Assembly: GCA_020247085.1 (NCBI GenBank)
Contig: JADCJJ010000554.1
Coordinates: 1-22,963 of the forward strand
Source of the DNA: Myxococcaceae bacterium
GTDB lineage: Bacteria > Myxococcota > Myxococcia > Myxococcales > Myxococcaceae
Length of the DNA: 22,963 nt
Reading direction: 5' to 3'
The position numbers and the translations under genes are program-made. This document shows, piece after piece, positions 1-9,179 of the stretch. How positions within the stretch are numbered: the stretch's first letter is position 1; each line of letters starts with the position of its first letter. A model generated the notes under the pieces. It did not search any database. It was not told the DNA's origin and saw nothing but the letters and a program-made list of their open reading frames with translations.

Positions 1-1
1 G

Positions 2-1339
2 CGCGCCCTGCCCGACGCGGCACAGGTGACGCGCAGCGCGTCGCAGACGAACGCGAGCGGCACCGTCGTCGACACCAAGTACGCGCCGAAGGACACCCAG
101 GCGCCGGCGGCTCCCACCGTGACGTCGCCCGCGCCTCAGGCCCGCCTCACCGACCCCCGGCCCGCCATCACCGGCACCGGCGAGCCGGGCGCCACCGTGG
201 CGGTGCAGCTCGACGGAGCGGTGGTGGGCACGGCGACCGTCGACGGCACCGGCCAGTGGACCTTCACGCCCGCGATGGCGCTCGGGGTGGGGGCGCACAC
301 CGTCAGCGCGACGCAGACCGACGCCGCTGGCAACACCGGCCCAGCGAGCCCGACGAACGCCTTCACCATCGAGGCGCCGAACCCACCGCCAGTCATCACC
401 TCACCGCAAGACGGCGCGATGCTGGCGACGCGCGCGCCGCCCATCTCGGGCACGGCGACGGCCGGTGCCACCGTCACGGTGCGCCTCAACGGCGTGACGC
501 TCGGCACCAGCCAGGCCACGCCCCAGGGCACCTTCAGCGTCACCCCGCCCACGCCGCTGGCGCCCGGCACCTACAGCGCCGTGGCCACCGCGACGGCGGC
601 GAGCGGTGCCGTCAGCGCGAACAGCAACACCGTCGTCTTCACCATCGGCGCGGGCAACGTCGACGCGCCGGTCGTCACCTCGCCCGCCGACGGCGCGCTC
701 ACCCGCGACGCGACGCCCGACGTCGAGGGCACGGCGAGCCCGGGAGCGAGCGTCACCGTCGTCATCGACGGGCAGGCCGTGGGCACCGTCACCGCCGACG
801 CGATGGGCCGCTGGCGCTTCACGCCGACGACGCCGCTCGCCGAGGGGCCGCACGACGTGCGCGCGCGGCAGACCGTCACCGGCGCCACCAGCGGCGACGG
901 CCCGTCGAACCGCTTCGTCGTCGACACGCGCGGGCCGCCCACGACGCTGGCCGTCACGCCGGCCGACGGCAGCGAGGGCAGCGCCGTCACGGCCTCGGGC
1001 GTCACCGAGCCGAACGCCCGCGTCACCGTCTTCGTGGGCATGCAGGCCGTCGGCACCGTCACGGCCGACGGCAACGGCCTGTGGCAGCTCACCCTGCCCC
1101 CGGCGTCGGTCCCGGTGGGTGAGCACGAGGTGGGCGCTGACGCGACCGACCCCGCGGGCAACGTCGGGCCGCGGAGCCAGGCCGTGCGCATCACCCTGCG
1201 GCACGTCGACCTGCAGTGGGGCGGAGGGGGCCTGGGGGGGCCCGGCGGCTGCGCGACGGCCCCCTTCGGACCGGCCCTCGTGGCGTTGGGGCTGCTGCTC
1301 CGTCGACGCCCCAGCCGGGGCGCCGCGATGCCCCGGTGA
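2..1339 (+). CDS. Cell-surface Ig-like repeat protein with MYXO-CTERM-type C-terminal sorting signal (5' partial)
   Basis: The frame is open back to nt 2 (RALPDAAQ precedes the listed start), so the gene starts upstream of the window. It has four tandem ~90-aa repeats with the pattern TSP..G....P.I.GT...GA.VTV...G..VGT.T.D..G.W.F.P......G.H, typical of bacterial Ig-like domains. The C-terminus GGPGGCATAPFGPALVALGLLLRRRP (Gly/Cys motif, hydrophobic helix, Arg cluster) matches the MYXO-CTERM pattern. Confidence 0.8.
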   Translation, partial: RALPDAAQVTRSASQTNASGTVVDTKYAPKDTQAPAAPTVTSPAPQARLTDPRPAITGTGEPGATVAVQLDGAVVGTATVDGTGQWTFTPAMALGVGAHTVSATQTDAAGNTGPASPTNAFTIEAPNPPPVITSPQDGAMLATRAPPISGTATAGATVTVRLNGVTLGTSQATPQGTFSVTPPTPLAPGTYSAVATATAASGAVSANSNTVVFTIGAGNVDAPVVTSPADGALTRDATPDVEGTASPGASVTVVIDGQAVGTVTADAMGRWRFTPTTPLAEGPHDVRARQTVTGATSGDGPSNRFVVDTRGPPTTLAVTPADGSEGSAVTASGVTEPNARVTVFVGMQAVGTVTADGNGLWQLTLPPASVPVGEHEVGADATDPAGNVGPRSQAVRITLRHVDLQWGGGGLGGPGGCATAPFGPALVALGLLLRRRPSRGAAMPR

Positions 1340-1476
1340 GCGCCGGGCGCGGGGGTCGGCTCACCGGCGCTGCCCGGAGGCCTCGACGACGCGGCGACGC
1401 CAACGCGGAGCGGCTCGCGGGCGCCCCCACCCGCGCACGCCACGCCCCCGCCGCCAGTCCGGCGTGAGACCGCCCG

Positions 1477-3345
1477 TCACGCGCCCCGCCGGTCTCGCGC
1501 TGCGAGCTCGCGCTTGCTCCGGCGGAACGCGCGGATGAGCGAGACGACCGTGACGAGGTTCCCCAGGGAGTTGAGCGCGTCCTCGGAGGCGGGCCACCGC
1601 CACGCGAGCAGCGCGGTGACCCAGTAGCCGAGGGCGGCGGGCCACACGTCGACGATGAACAGGATGGCGACGATGCCGGCGAGCATGCCCCAGTAGGCGA
1701 GGAGCACCGCGTTGCCGCGGGCGCCGAGGCGCACGTCGAGCAGCCCGTACACCACCACCGTCGCTACGACCTGAAAGGCCATCGCGAAGAGGAGAAAGCG
1801 GGCGAGCTGCTGGTTGAGGGCCGTGCGCGGGGCATCACCGCTTCTTCGCTCGAGAAAGAGGATGACCCCGATGGACAGGACGGCGACGGGCAGCGCCCCG
1901 ACGAGGTCGTCGTCGAAGACGCCCTGCCGCTTCAAGACGAGGCGCACGAGGGGGCCCAGCACCCACAGCGCCCCGAGCACGAAGCCCATGACGAAGCGGC
2001 GCTGATAGCCCGCGAGTGGGTCGTACCGCTCGGCGACGCGCTGGAGGCGGCTCAGCTCGCGCGCCTTCTCGGCCGCGACGGCCTCGGCCCGCTCGACGGC
2101 CGCGGCGAGCTCGGCCGGCGGCTGCGGGAGTTCGGCGAGCAGGGCGCGCGCGGCGCCGACGGACCCGCGCTCCAGCTCGACGTGAACCATCCGAGCGATG
2201 GCGCGCGCGTAGCCGTCGGCCGCCAGCGTGTTCCCCGGCCAGCTGCGCAGGGCCTGTTGGAACCCGAAGCGGCACTCGGAGAAGAGGCGCGCGACGCGGG
2301 CTCCGTCCGGCGAATCGTCGGCGAGGGCGCGCTCGAGCTCCTCCGTGCGCTCGATCGACTGCGCCGCGAGCTCGCGGGAGCCCTGGTGCTCGAGGAAGGC
2401 CTCGAGCGCGCGGCGCACCTCGGCGGCAGACGCTGGCCGGTCTTCGGGGCGGCGCGCGAGGCAGGCGCGCAGCAGCGCGGCGAGCTCGTCGGGCACCTCG
2501 GGCGGAATGGGCGGCGGTGACGACCGCAGCCGCTCGACGAGCTGCGGCATCGACGTCACCAGGTGCGGCGGCTGCCCCGTGGCCACCTCGAACACGATGC
2601 TGCCCAGCAGGTACACGTCCGTGCGCGCCGAGACGACCGAGCCCGCGCCGCCGAGCATCTCGGGGGCCATGTAGGCGGGCGTGCCGGCGAGCTGCGACGA
2701 CGGGCCCTCGAACGTCGCCAGGCCCCAGTCGACCAGGTACACCTCGCCGAAGCGGCCCAGCATGACGTTCGCGGGCTTCAGGTCGCGGTGGACGACGCCG
2801 CGCGAGTTGGCGAAGTGCACGGCGTTGCAGAGCTGTATTGCGACGCGCAGGTGCGACTCGAGGCGCGAGGCGCCGGGCGCGTAGGTGGCGCGCTCGCCGT
2901 CGTTCGCGAGCAGGTGCGCCCAGGTGACGCCCTCGATGTGCTTCATGACGAGCTGCGGCCGCCCGTCGCCGCCGAGCGCGAGCGCGTAGATGGGCAGAAT
3001 GCCGGGGTGCTCGAGGGAGCCTGCGAGCCACGCCTCGGAGAGGAGCGCCTCGACGTCGCCGCGAGCGCACCCGCGCTTCACCGTCTTGACCGCGACGGCG
3101 CGGTCGAGCGCCACCTGCCGGGCGCGCGTGACGAGGCCCATGCCGCCTTCTCCAATGACGGCCTCCTCGACCAGCCCCCGCTCGTCGTGTGACAGCTGCC
3201 GCAGCACCTCGAGCGCCCGGCGCCCGGTGCGCAGGTCGCGCGCCGGCGCCACCGTCTCACGCGGCGCATGCACGATGGTCTCGGCGTCGGCCCCCAGGGT
3301 CGTCACGACGTCCGCCAGGCGCGGGTCTGCCGGCTCATCGCTCAT
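1477..3345 (-). CDS. Hanks-type serine/threonine protein kinase with C-terminal multi-pass membrane domain
   Basis: 622-aa ORF with kinase motifs GEGGMGLV, VAVKTV, HRDLKPANVM, DWGLA (DFG variant) and GTPAYMAPE. The C-terminal ~170 aa contain several hydrophobic helices. ATG start at 3345. Confidence 0.9.
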   Translation of the reverse strand: MSDEPADPRLADVVTTLGADAETIVHAPRETVAPARDLRTGRRALEVLRQLSHDERGLVEEAVIGEGGMGLVTRARQVALDRAVAVKTVKRGCARGDVEALLSEAWLAGSLEHPGILPIYALALGGDGRPQLVMKHIEGVTWAHLLANDGERATYAPGASRLESHLRVAIQLCNAVHFANSRGVVHRDLKPANVMLGRFGEVYLVDWGLATFEGPSSQLAGTPAYMAPEMLGGAGSVVSARTDVYLLGSIVFEVATGQPPHLVTSMPQLVERLRSSPPPIPPEVPDELAALLRACLARRPEDRPASAAEVRRALEAFLEHQGSRELAAQSIERTEELERALADDSPDGARVARLFSECRFGFQQALRSWPGNTLAADGYARAIARMVHVELERGSVGAARALLAELPQPPAELAAAVERAEAVAAEKARELSRLQRVAERYDPLAGYQRRFVMGFVLGALWVLGPLVRLVLKRQGVFDDDLVGALPVAVLSIGVILFLERRSGDAPRTALNQQLARFLLFAMAFQVVATVVVYGLLDVRLGARGNAVLLAYWGMLAGIVAILFIVDVWPAALGYWVTALLAWRWPASEDALNSLGNLVTVVSLIRAFRRSKRELAARDRRGA

Positions 3346-3385
3346 CGGGGTCGAGCCCGAGTGTAGCCCCGGCTAAGGCGTCTGC

Positions 3386-4384
3386 ATGCGCTCCGCCCTC
3401 ACGTGCCTCTGCCTGTGCCTGCTCTCCTGTTCAGGCCGAAGCGCCATGCCGCGTGAGCCGGCCTCGAGCGACGCCGGGCGTCAACCGGACGGAGGCCGGC
3501 CGGTGGTGCTCCGCCGCTGCCCCACCGCGGGCCCTGGCGCCATGGAGGGCGACGAGTGCTTCCTGCTGTCGCCGGTCGAAGCCGGCCTCGACGCGGCGGG
3601 CACCAACGCCACCGTCGACCAGTACGCGCTGCGGCCGCCGTCGGGGGCGCGCGGCACCCTGCTCGTGTTCCTCAACGGCAGTGGGGGCTCTCCGCGCGCC
3701 GGGGCCGGGTCGGCGTCGGGGAGCTTCTACGGCGTGGCGCGGGCCCAGGGGCTCCACGTGCTCGCGGTGAGCTACTCGAGCGACACGGCCGTGGGCCAGC
3801 TGTGCAGCGGGCAGGACGCCTGCTTCGAGCCGACGCGGGCGAGCCTGCTGCTCGGCGACCCGCAGGTCGGCGCCGCGAGCGCGGTGAACGACCTGACGCC
3901 CGGCGAGGGGGTGTTCGAGCGCGTCGTGCGCGCGCTGCTGCGCCTTGCCGAGGGCGACCCCTCGGGGGGCTGGGAGGCCTTCGTCGACCGCGCGAAGCTG
4001 CCCGACGCCGAGGCCGCGATTCGCTGGGAGTCGGTGTACGTCGCGGGGCACTCGCAGGGCGGGGGCCACGCGGCGCTGGTGGCGAAGCGGCAGCGGGTCG
4101 CTCGCGCGGTGATGCTGGCCGCGCCGTGTGACGGCAGCGCGACCGAGGCGGCGAGCTGGCTCACCCGCTCGCCGGCGTGGAAGACCGAGCCCGCGCGGCT
4201 GCGGGGCCTGTGGTCGCGGGCCGACGCGACGTGCGCGCGCGCGGCGGCGGCGTGGACGGCGATGGGGTTCCTGCCGGAGCACCGCGACGAGGACGCGTCG
4301 GTCTGCGCCGGAGAGACGCCGCACGCCGCGCCGCTGCGCTGTGCGTCGAACGCCGCGCGGTGGGCGCAGCGCCTGGCGCCGTGA
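3386..4384 (+). CDS. Putative lipoprotein, alpha/beta-hydrolase-like (GxSxG nucleophile elbow)
   Basis: N-terminus MRSALTCLCLCLLSCSG carries a lipobox (LLSC). An internal VAGHSQGGGHAAL matches a G-H-S-x-G serine-hydrolase elbow. GC3 bias is coding-like. It is divergent from the kinase gene with a 40-nt spacer. Confidence 0.65.
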   Translation: MRSALTCLCLCLLSCSGRSAMPREPASSDAGRQPDGGRPVVLRRCPTAGPGAMEGDECFLLSPVEAGLDAAGTNATVDQYALRPPSGARGTLLVFLNGSGGSPRAGAGSASGSFYGVARAQGLHVLAVSYSSDTAVGQLCSGQDACFEPTRASLLLGDPQVGAASAVNDLTPGEGVFERVVRALLRLAEGDPSGGWEAFVDRAKLPDAEAAIRWESVYVAGHSQGGGHAALVAKRQRVARAVMLAAPCDGSATEAASWLTRSPAWKTEPARLRGLWSRADATCARAAAAWTAMGFLPEHRDEDASVCAGETPHAAPLRCASNAARWAQRLAP

Positions 4385-4417
4385 GGGCCTGGGTGCCAGT
4401 CCCCCCGGGCGCTCCCG

Positions 4418-5515
4418 TCAGCTCACCGTGACGTCGTCCCAGGCGAGGCCCTTGCGCTGCGCCGCGGCGGCGAGCTGTGCGTCGAGGGCGGCGAGCATCA
4501 CCCGGTTGCCATCCTGCGAATACCCCTGCAGCGCCGCCTGGCAGTCAGGTACGCGCTCGAGGAAGCGGGCGATGACGTCGCCCTCGAGGGACTTCGCGTA
4601 CAGGCCGTAGTTCAGCTTCTCGAGGTACAGCGCGTTGAGCACCTGCTCGAACTGGCCGCCGATGGGCACCGAAAGCATTGGCTTGCGCAGGTACACCGCC
4701 TCGCTCATCAGGGTGTAGCCGCCGCCGCCCACCACGCCCCGGCAGGTGCGCAGGTCGTCGATGAAGCCGCCCTCGGAGAAGGGCCGGAACAGCAGGTTCC
4801 CGTCGCGGAGGTCGGCCGTGAGGTCGCGCCGGTACCCGTAGATGCGGCACTCGCGCCCGCAGCGGCGCAAGTCCTCGATGAGCTGCGTGTTGCTCGTCAT
4901 CGTCTGGTACACCAGCAGGTGCTCGCCGGGCTCGGACGTCGCCGAGAGGATCTCGGGCCTGAGGATCGACGGCACCAGCGTCGTCCGCGCCTTGCGCACG
5001 CGCGGGTGGAAGAAGGTGGTGACGAGGTAGTGGAAGCAGCCCGGCGCCTTGGCCTTGACGATGCCGCGGGTGAGCTCGAAGGACTCCTCGAAGCCGGCGA
5101 GCAGCTCGGGCTCGTGGGCGCACCGGTTGATGATCTGCATGTTGTCGACGCTGATGACGGGCAGGCGGTGGTTCTTGCCGTACAGGTAGCTGAACGACTC
5201 GAAATCGCTGATGACGACGTCGGGCTCGAAGCGGTCGACGAGGTCGAAGTACGTCTTCACGTTCTGAGGCCAGCCGGTGAAGGCGCCCTTGAGGTTCTGC
5301 AGCACCGTCTGCCACTTCGAGACGGAGTTGCCCTCGTAGCTGATGGTGAACCCCCAGATGTTGTGCACGTTCTCGAAGCGCCTGGCGAGGTAGTCGCGGG
5401 CGCGGCCCGAGACGACGATGTGCACGTCGTGCTGGCGGGTGAGGTGCTCGAGGACGACGCGCGAGCGGGTCGCGTGGCCCATGCCTTCTCCGACGACGCC
5501 GTAGAGGATCTTCAT
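4418..5515 (-). CDS. GT-B glycosyltransferase (MJ1255/VC2487-like, UDP-glycosyltransferase family)
   Basis: The real gene is only the C-terminal 365 aa of the 1139-aa track ORF. It starts at the in-frame ATG at 5515 (MKILYGVVGEGMGHATRSRVV...), the typical N-terminus of this family. The upstream 774 codons are Arg/Pro-rich shadow frame antisense to the CoA-ligase gene. Confidence 0.85.
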   Translation of the reverse strand: MKILYGVVGEGMGHATRSRVVLEHLTRQHDVHIVVSGRARDYLARRFENVHNIWGFTISYEGNSVSKWQTVLQNLKGAFTGWPQNVKTYFDLVDRFEPDVVISDFESFSYLYGKNHRLPVISVDNMQIINRCAHEPELLAGFEESFELTRGIVKAKAPGCFHYLVTTFFHPRVRKARTTLVPSILRPEILSATSEPGEHLLVYQTMTSNTQLIEDLRRCGRECRIYGYRRDLTADLRDGNLLFRPFSEGGFIDDLRTCRGVVGGGGYTLMSEAVYLRKPMLSVPIGGQFEQVLNALYLEKLNYGLYAKSLEGDVIARFLERVPDCQAALQGYSQDGNRVMLAALDAQLAAAAQRKGLAWDDVTVS

Positions 5516-5640
5516 GGAGTCTCCCGTGGTGTGACAGCGTAGCGGCTTGCACGCGGAAGGCCCGCGGGGAAAGAGGCGCCGCCCCTCGACGGTTGGGGTG
5601 GTGGGCTGCGCAGAACGGTGCGCAGCAGGAGCGGACGGCG

Positions 5641-5895
5641 ATGAGCGCAGAGACGGTGGGCAGGCGGCTGGGCAAGGCGGCGGGCCTCGGGCTCGTCGGG
5701 GGGCTCTCGGCGGGGGCAGCGGTGCTGCTGGGGTTGGCGGTGGCGCGGCTCCAGGTCGACTGCGCCGGGATGTCGGCCGAGGCGTGCGCTTTCGAGGAGG
5801 CGCTCGCAGGGTCCATCGCGCGGCTCCAGACCCTGGGCGCGGTGGGGTGCGCGGTGCTGGCGGCGGGCGGCTGGCTGCTGCTGCGGCGGCGGTAA
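5641..5895 (+). CDS. Small hypothetical membrane protein (two hydrophobic segments, C-terminal GC...LLLRRR tail)
   Basis: ATG at 5641 (MSAETVGRRLG...); an alternative upstream start is at 5593. GC3 is strong. There are two predicted TM segments, and the end GAVGCAVLAAGGWLLLRRR resembles a MYXO-CTERM-like tail. No recognisable family. Confidence 0.4.
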   Translation: MSAETVGRRLGKAAGLGLVGGLSAGAAVLLGLAVARLQVDCAGMSAEACAFEEALAGSIARLQTLGAVGCAVLAAGGWLLLRRR

Positions 5896-5965
5896 CACGG
5901 CTCGTCACGGGCGCGACGAGAGGCGAGGGCGCGGGGCCGGCTTCGGGTACCTTCCGCGCCCAGCC

Positions 5966-7510
5966 ATGACGCTCGACCCCTTCCAGCTCCCGGAGTCGTT
6001 GAACCTCGCCGAGGTGTTCCTCTTCCAGCAGGCGCGCAGGCGGCCGCAGGCGCCGGCCCTGTACTTCGAGGGCGAGGTCATCACCTACGGGCAGCTGGCC
6101 GAGGCGACGAACCGGGCGACGGCGGTGCTGAAGGGGCTGGGGCTGGAGCTCGAGCAGCGGGTGTTGCTGATGCTGCCAGACGTGCCGCAGTTCGCCTCGG
6201 CGTGGTTCGCGGCGGTGAAGGCAGGCGGCGTGGTGAGCGCGGTGAACCCGCAGCTCAAGGCCGACGAGGTGACGTACTACCTGAACTACACGCGGGCGAA
6301 GGTGCTGGTGACGGACGCGGCGACGGTGCCGACGGTGGACGCGGTGCGCGGGCAGTGCCCGTACCTGCGGCACGTGCTGGTGGTGGGGGCGCCAGGCCGG
6401 CACCTGTCGTACGACGACGAGTTGGCGAAGGTGACGCCCGACGAGTCGTTCGCGCCGACGCACCGCGATGACGCGTGCGTGTGGCTGTACACGTCGGGCT
6501 CGACGGGGTTCCCGAAGGCCGCGGTGCACAAGCAGCACGACTTCGTCTTCAACGCGCTGACGTACGGCCTGCCGGTCATGGGGCTGGGCCCGACGGACGT
6601 GGGGCTGTCGGTGCCGCGGCTGGCGTTCGGCTACGCGCTGGGCACCAACCTGCTCTTCCCATTGCTGGCGGGCGGCGCGGCGGTGCTGTTCAAGGAGAAG
6701 CCGACGCCCGAGGCGCTGTTCCCGCTGTTTCAGAGGTACCGGCCGACGGTGCTGACGGCGGTGCCGACGGCGCTGAACCAGCTCCTCAACGCGCCGGGTG
6801 TGGAGCAGGTGGACTTCTCGTCGCTCCGGCTGGCGGTGAGCGCGGGCGAGGCGTTGCCGGCGGAGCTGTACGCGCGGTGGAAGAAGGTGACGGGAGTCGA
6901 GGTTCTCGACGGCATCGGCTCGGCCGAGATGTTCCACATCTTCATCACGAATCGGCTGGGCGACGTGAAGCTGGGCTCGCTGGGGAAGGTGGTGGGCGGG
7001 TACCGGGCGAAGGTGTGTGACGACGAGGGCCGGGAGCTGCCGCGCGGCGAGGTGGGCACGCTCTGGGTGTCGGGGGACTCGATGGCGCTCGAGTACTGGC
7101 AGCAGCACGAGAAGTCGAAGGCGACGTTCCGCGGCGACTGGTGCGTGTCGGCGGACAAGTTCCAGCAGGACGACGAGGGCTACTACTTCTTCTGCGGGCG
7201 CGGCGACGACATGCTGAAGGTGAGCGGGAAGTGGCTGTCGCCGGTCGAGGTCGAGAACGCGCTGCTGCAGCACCCGGCGGTGCGGGAGGCGGCGGTGATT
7301 GGGTTCAAGGACGCCGACGGGCTCGAGAAGCCGAAGGCCTTCGTCGCGGTGCACCCGGGGCAGACGGCCGACGAGGCGCTTTCGGAGGCGCTCAAGGCCC
7401 ACGTGCGGTCGAGCCTGGCGCCGTTCAAGGCGCCGCGGGAGGTGGTGTTCGTCGACGCGCTGCCGCGGAGCGACCGCGGGAAGGTGCTCAAGACGGCGCT
7501 GCGCGGTTAA
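5966..7510 (+). CDS. AMP-dependent acyl/aryl-CoA ligase, benzoate-CoA ligase family
   Basis: 514 aa with adenylate-forming motifs LYTSGSTGFPKAAVH, GYALGTN, GEALP, GDWCVSADKF..DDEGYYFFCGRGDDMLKVSGKWLSP and PRSDRGKV. Confidence 0.9.
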   Translation: MTLDPFQLPESLNLAEVFLFQQARRRPQAPALYFEGEVITYGQLAEATNRATAVLKGLGLELEQRVLLMLPDVPQFASAWFAAVKAGGVVSAVNPQLKADEVTYYLNYTRAKVLVTDAATVPTVDAVRGQCPYLRHVLVVGAPGRHLSYDDELAKVTPDESFAPTHRDDACVWLYTSGSTGFPKAAVHKQHDFVFNALTYGLPVMGLGPTDVGLSVPRLAFGYALGTNLLFPLLAGGAAVLFKEKPTPEALFPLFQRYRPTVLTAVPTALNQLLNAPGVEQVDFSSLRLAVSAGEALPAELYARWKKVTGVEVLDGIGSAEMFHIFITNRLGDVKLGSLGKVVGGYRAKVCDDEGRELPRGEVGTLWVSGDSMALEYWQQHEKSKATFRGDWCVSADKFQQDDEGYYFFCGRGDDMLKVSGKWLSPVEVENALLQHPAVREAAVIGFKDADGLEKPKAFVAVHPGQTADEALSEALKAHVRSSLAPFKAPREVVFVDALPRSDRGKVLKTALRG

Positions 7511-8721
7511 GCGGCGCGGCGCAGGACGGCGGCGAAGAAGCCGTCGGTGCCGTGCACGTGCGGCGACAGGCGCAGGCAGCCGTCGGGGGTGCACAGCGGC
7601 AGGGAGACGGGCTCGAGGGTGAAGCGCGGGTCTTCGGCGAGGAAGCTGGTGACGACGGCGTCGTTCTCGTCGGGCGTCACGGTACAGGTGGCGTAGACGA
7701 GGGCGCCGCCCGGGAGGACGTGGCGCGCGGCGGTGCGGAGGAGCTCGCGCTGGGCGGGCGGCCAGCGGGTGACGGCATCGGGCGGCAGGCGCCAGCGCAG
7801 GTCGGGGCCGCGGCGGAGCGCGCCGAGCTCGGAGCACGGGGCATCGACGAGAACGTGGTGGACACGGAGGTCCTCTGGGAGCGCGAGGTGGACGTGGACG
7901 CGGGCCGTGGCGCGGCTGGCGCGGGCGCGGAGGCGGGAAAGGCGCTCCCGGTCGGTGTCGAAGGCGTGGAGCGTCGCGGCTGGAAGACGTGACGCGAGCG
8001 CGAGCGTTTTGCCGCCGGCGCCGGCGCAGAGGTCGAGCACGGTGTCACCATCGCGCGCGGGCACGGCCTCGGCGAGGAGCTGGCTGCCCTCGTCTTGAAT
8101 CTCGAACCAGCCGCGCTGCCAGGCGGTGGTGGCGGTGAGGTTGGCGGGGCGGGTGGTGACGTGGAGCGCGTCGGGCGCGAGGCGGGCGGGCGCGGTGCGG
8201 CGGCCTTCGTCGGCGAGGGCGTGGGCGAGCGCGTCGCGAGTGGTGACGCGGCGGTTGGCGCGCAGCGTGACGGGGCCCGGGCGGCAGAGCGCCTCGGCGG
8301 CGAGGGGCGCGTCGGGGCCGTGGACGCGGTGGAGCACGTCAGCGAGCCAGTCCGGAATGGACCAGCGGTCGCGCCAGTCGTCGGGAGGAGGCGCCGGCGA
8401 TGGGAGCGTGACGTCGAGGGACACGGCGCGGTGCTGCCCCAGGTCGCGCGCCAGCACGCCGAGGAGGACGAGGGGCGGGGCGTCGGGACCAGCGTGAGCG
8501 CGCAGGCGACGGCGCCAGAGGCCGACGCCGAAGAGGGCCTCGGCGGTGACGCGGCGCTGATCGGCGGAGAGGTGGCGGTGGGCGCGCAAGACGCGGTCGA
8601 GCACGGTCTCGGCAGACTGCCCCGAGAGGATGGCCTCGAGCGCGGGGGCGAGCATGGGCCCCAGGCCGTCGAGTGCGGCCCAGGGGACGTTGGCGAGGCG
8701 GGCTTCGGCGAGGAAGGTCAT
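7507..8721 (-). CDS. RsmB/NOP2/Sun-family RNA m5C methyltransferase
   Basis: Start taken at the in-frame ATG at 8721 (MTFLAEARL...), giving 404 aa. It has the SAM motif DLCAGAGGKT and catalytic Cys motifs DAPCSELG and LVYATCTV. The upstream 149 codons of the track ORF are shadow frame over the next gene. Confidence 0.85.
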   Translation of the reverse strand: MTFLAEARLANVPWAALDGLGPMLAPALEAILSGQSAETVLDRVLRAHRHLSADQRRVTAEALFGVGLWRRRLRAHAGPDAPPLVLLGVLARDLGQHRAVSLDVTLPSPAPPPDDWRDRWSIPDWLADVLHRVHGPDAPLAAEALCRPGPVTLRANRRVTTRDALAHALADEGRRTAPARLAPDALHVTTRPANLTATTAWQRGWFEIQDEGSQLLAEAVPARDGDTVLDLCAGAGGKTLALASRLPAATLHAFDTDRERLSRLRARASRATARVHVHLALPEDLRVHHVLVDAPCSELGALRRGPDLRWRLPPDAVTRWPPAQRELLRTAARHVLPGGALVYATCTVTPDENDAVVTSFLAEDPRFTLEPVSLPLCTPDGCLRLSPHVHGTDGFFAAVLRRAA

Positions 8722-9125
8722 TCGCAGCCGAGGGCGCGGCGCAGGTTCGCGCGAGCCTGGGCGTCGAAGCGCTGGTGGAAGTGGGCGGAGGGGGAGAGGC
8801 GCTGGGCCGAGAGGCGCTTCGCGAGGAAGCGGCGCCGGCCGAGGCGGTCGAGGAGCGCGCCGGCGACGGGGCGGTGCTCGTCGGCGGCGAGGTCGGCGGA
8901 GCGGGCCTCGTTGTCCTTCCGGCCGGCGACGTCGATGGCGTCGAGAACCAGCGCTGCGAGGAAGGCTTCGCGCGGGTGGCTCCACCCCGGCACGGTCGCG
9001 AGCGGCCCCAGCACCACCTGCACGTGGGCGATGGTGTGGTACGCGCACGGCGGCTCGGCGTACGCCGTCGTCACGACCCGCATCAGACCCTCGGGGACGG
9101 TGAGGGGCGCGAAGGTGGAGGCCAT
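8718..9125 (-). CDS. Hypothetical protein, HD-superfamily-like (COG4339-type N-terminal motif, degenerate HD)
   Basis: 135 aa. AYAEPPCAYHTIAHV resembles the Y.EP.R.YH...H motif of predicted HD phosphohydrolases. The expected downstream HD dyad reads LD (AALVLDAIDV), followed by DNEARSADLA. Its stop overlaps the methyltransferase start in ATGA (8718-8721). Confidence 0.55.
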   Translation of the reverse strand: MASTFAPLTVPEGLMRVVTTAYAEPPCAYHTIAHVQVVLGPLATVPGWSHPREAFLAALVLDAIDVAGRKDNEARSADLAADEHRPVAGALLDRLGRRRFLAKRLSAQRLSPSAHFHQRFDAQARANLRRALGCE

Positions 9126-9136
9126 GCAGGTCAGAG

Positions 9137-9165
9137 TTGACAGGGTGGAGCGTCGAACGTAGAGA
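9137..9165 (+). promoter_or_regulatory. Possible sigma-70-type promoter for tRNA-Asn
   Basis: A perfect TTGACA lies at 9137-9142. It is followed by a 17-nt spacer and a weak -10 TAGAGA at 9160-9165, about 15 nt upstream of the tRNA 5' end. Confidence 0.3.
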
Positions 9166-9179
9166 CAATCAAGTCGTAT

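Noticed and set aside
1466-1496. Inverted repeat GAGACCG...CGGTCTC between the convergent adhesin and kinase genes.
   Set aside because: It is a 7-bp stem with a 17-nt loop and no T-tract, and it overlaps the kinase stop and 3' coding region. It is too weak to call a terminator.
7507-7510. Convergent CoA-ligase and methyltransferase genes share a TTAA in which the two stop codons overlap.
   Set aside because: This is a common packing artefact of convergent genes in compact genomes, and no hairpin or regulatory structure is associated with it.
5516-7837. N-terminal 774 codons of the 1139-aa minus-strand ORF (4418-7837).
   Set aside because: The translation is Arg/Pro/His-rich low complexity, and it lies antisense to a well-supported CoA-ligase gene. 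This is a typical high-GC shadow frame. The recognisable glycosyltransferase begins at the internal ATG 5515.
8722-9168. N-terminal extension of the 553-aa ORF (7507-9168).
   Set aside because: It is an Arg/Pro-rich shadow frame that overlaps the HD-like gene on the same strand in another frame. The methyltransferase homology starts at MTFLAE (ATG 8721).
136-9168. Numerous other overlapping ORFs in the left block, e.g. 256-1122, 401-1204, 571-1443, 606-1538, 1835-3070, 2016-2765, 3431-4324, 4545-5816, 7141-7992 and 8095-9162.
   Set aside because: All are Arg/Ala/Pro/Gly-rich translations in alternative frames of genes with clear family motifs. Long ORFs of this kind are expected by chance at roughly 75-80% GC.
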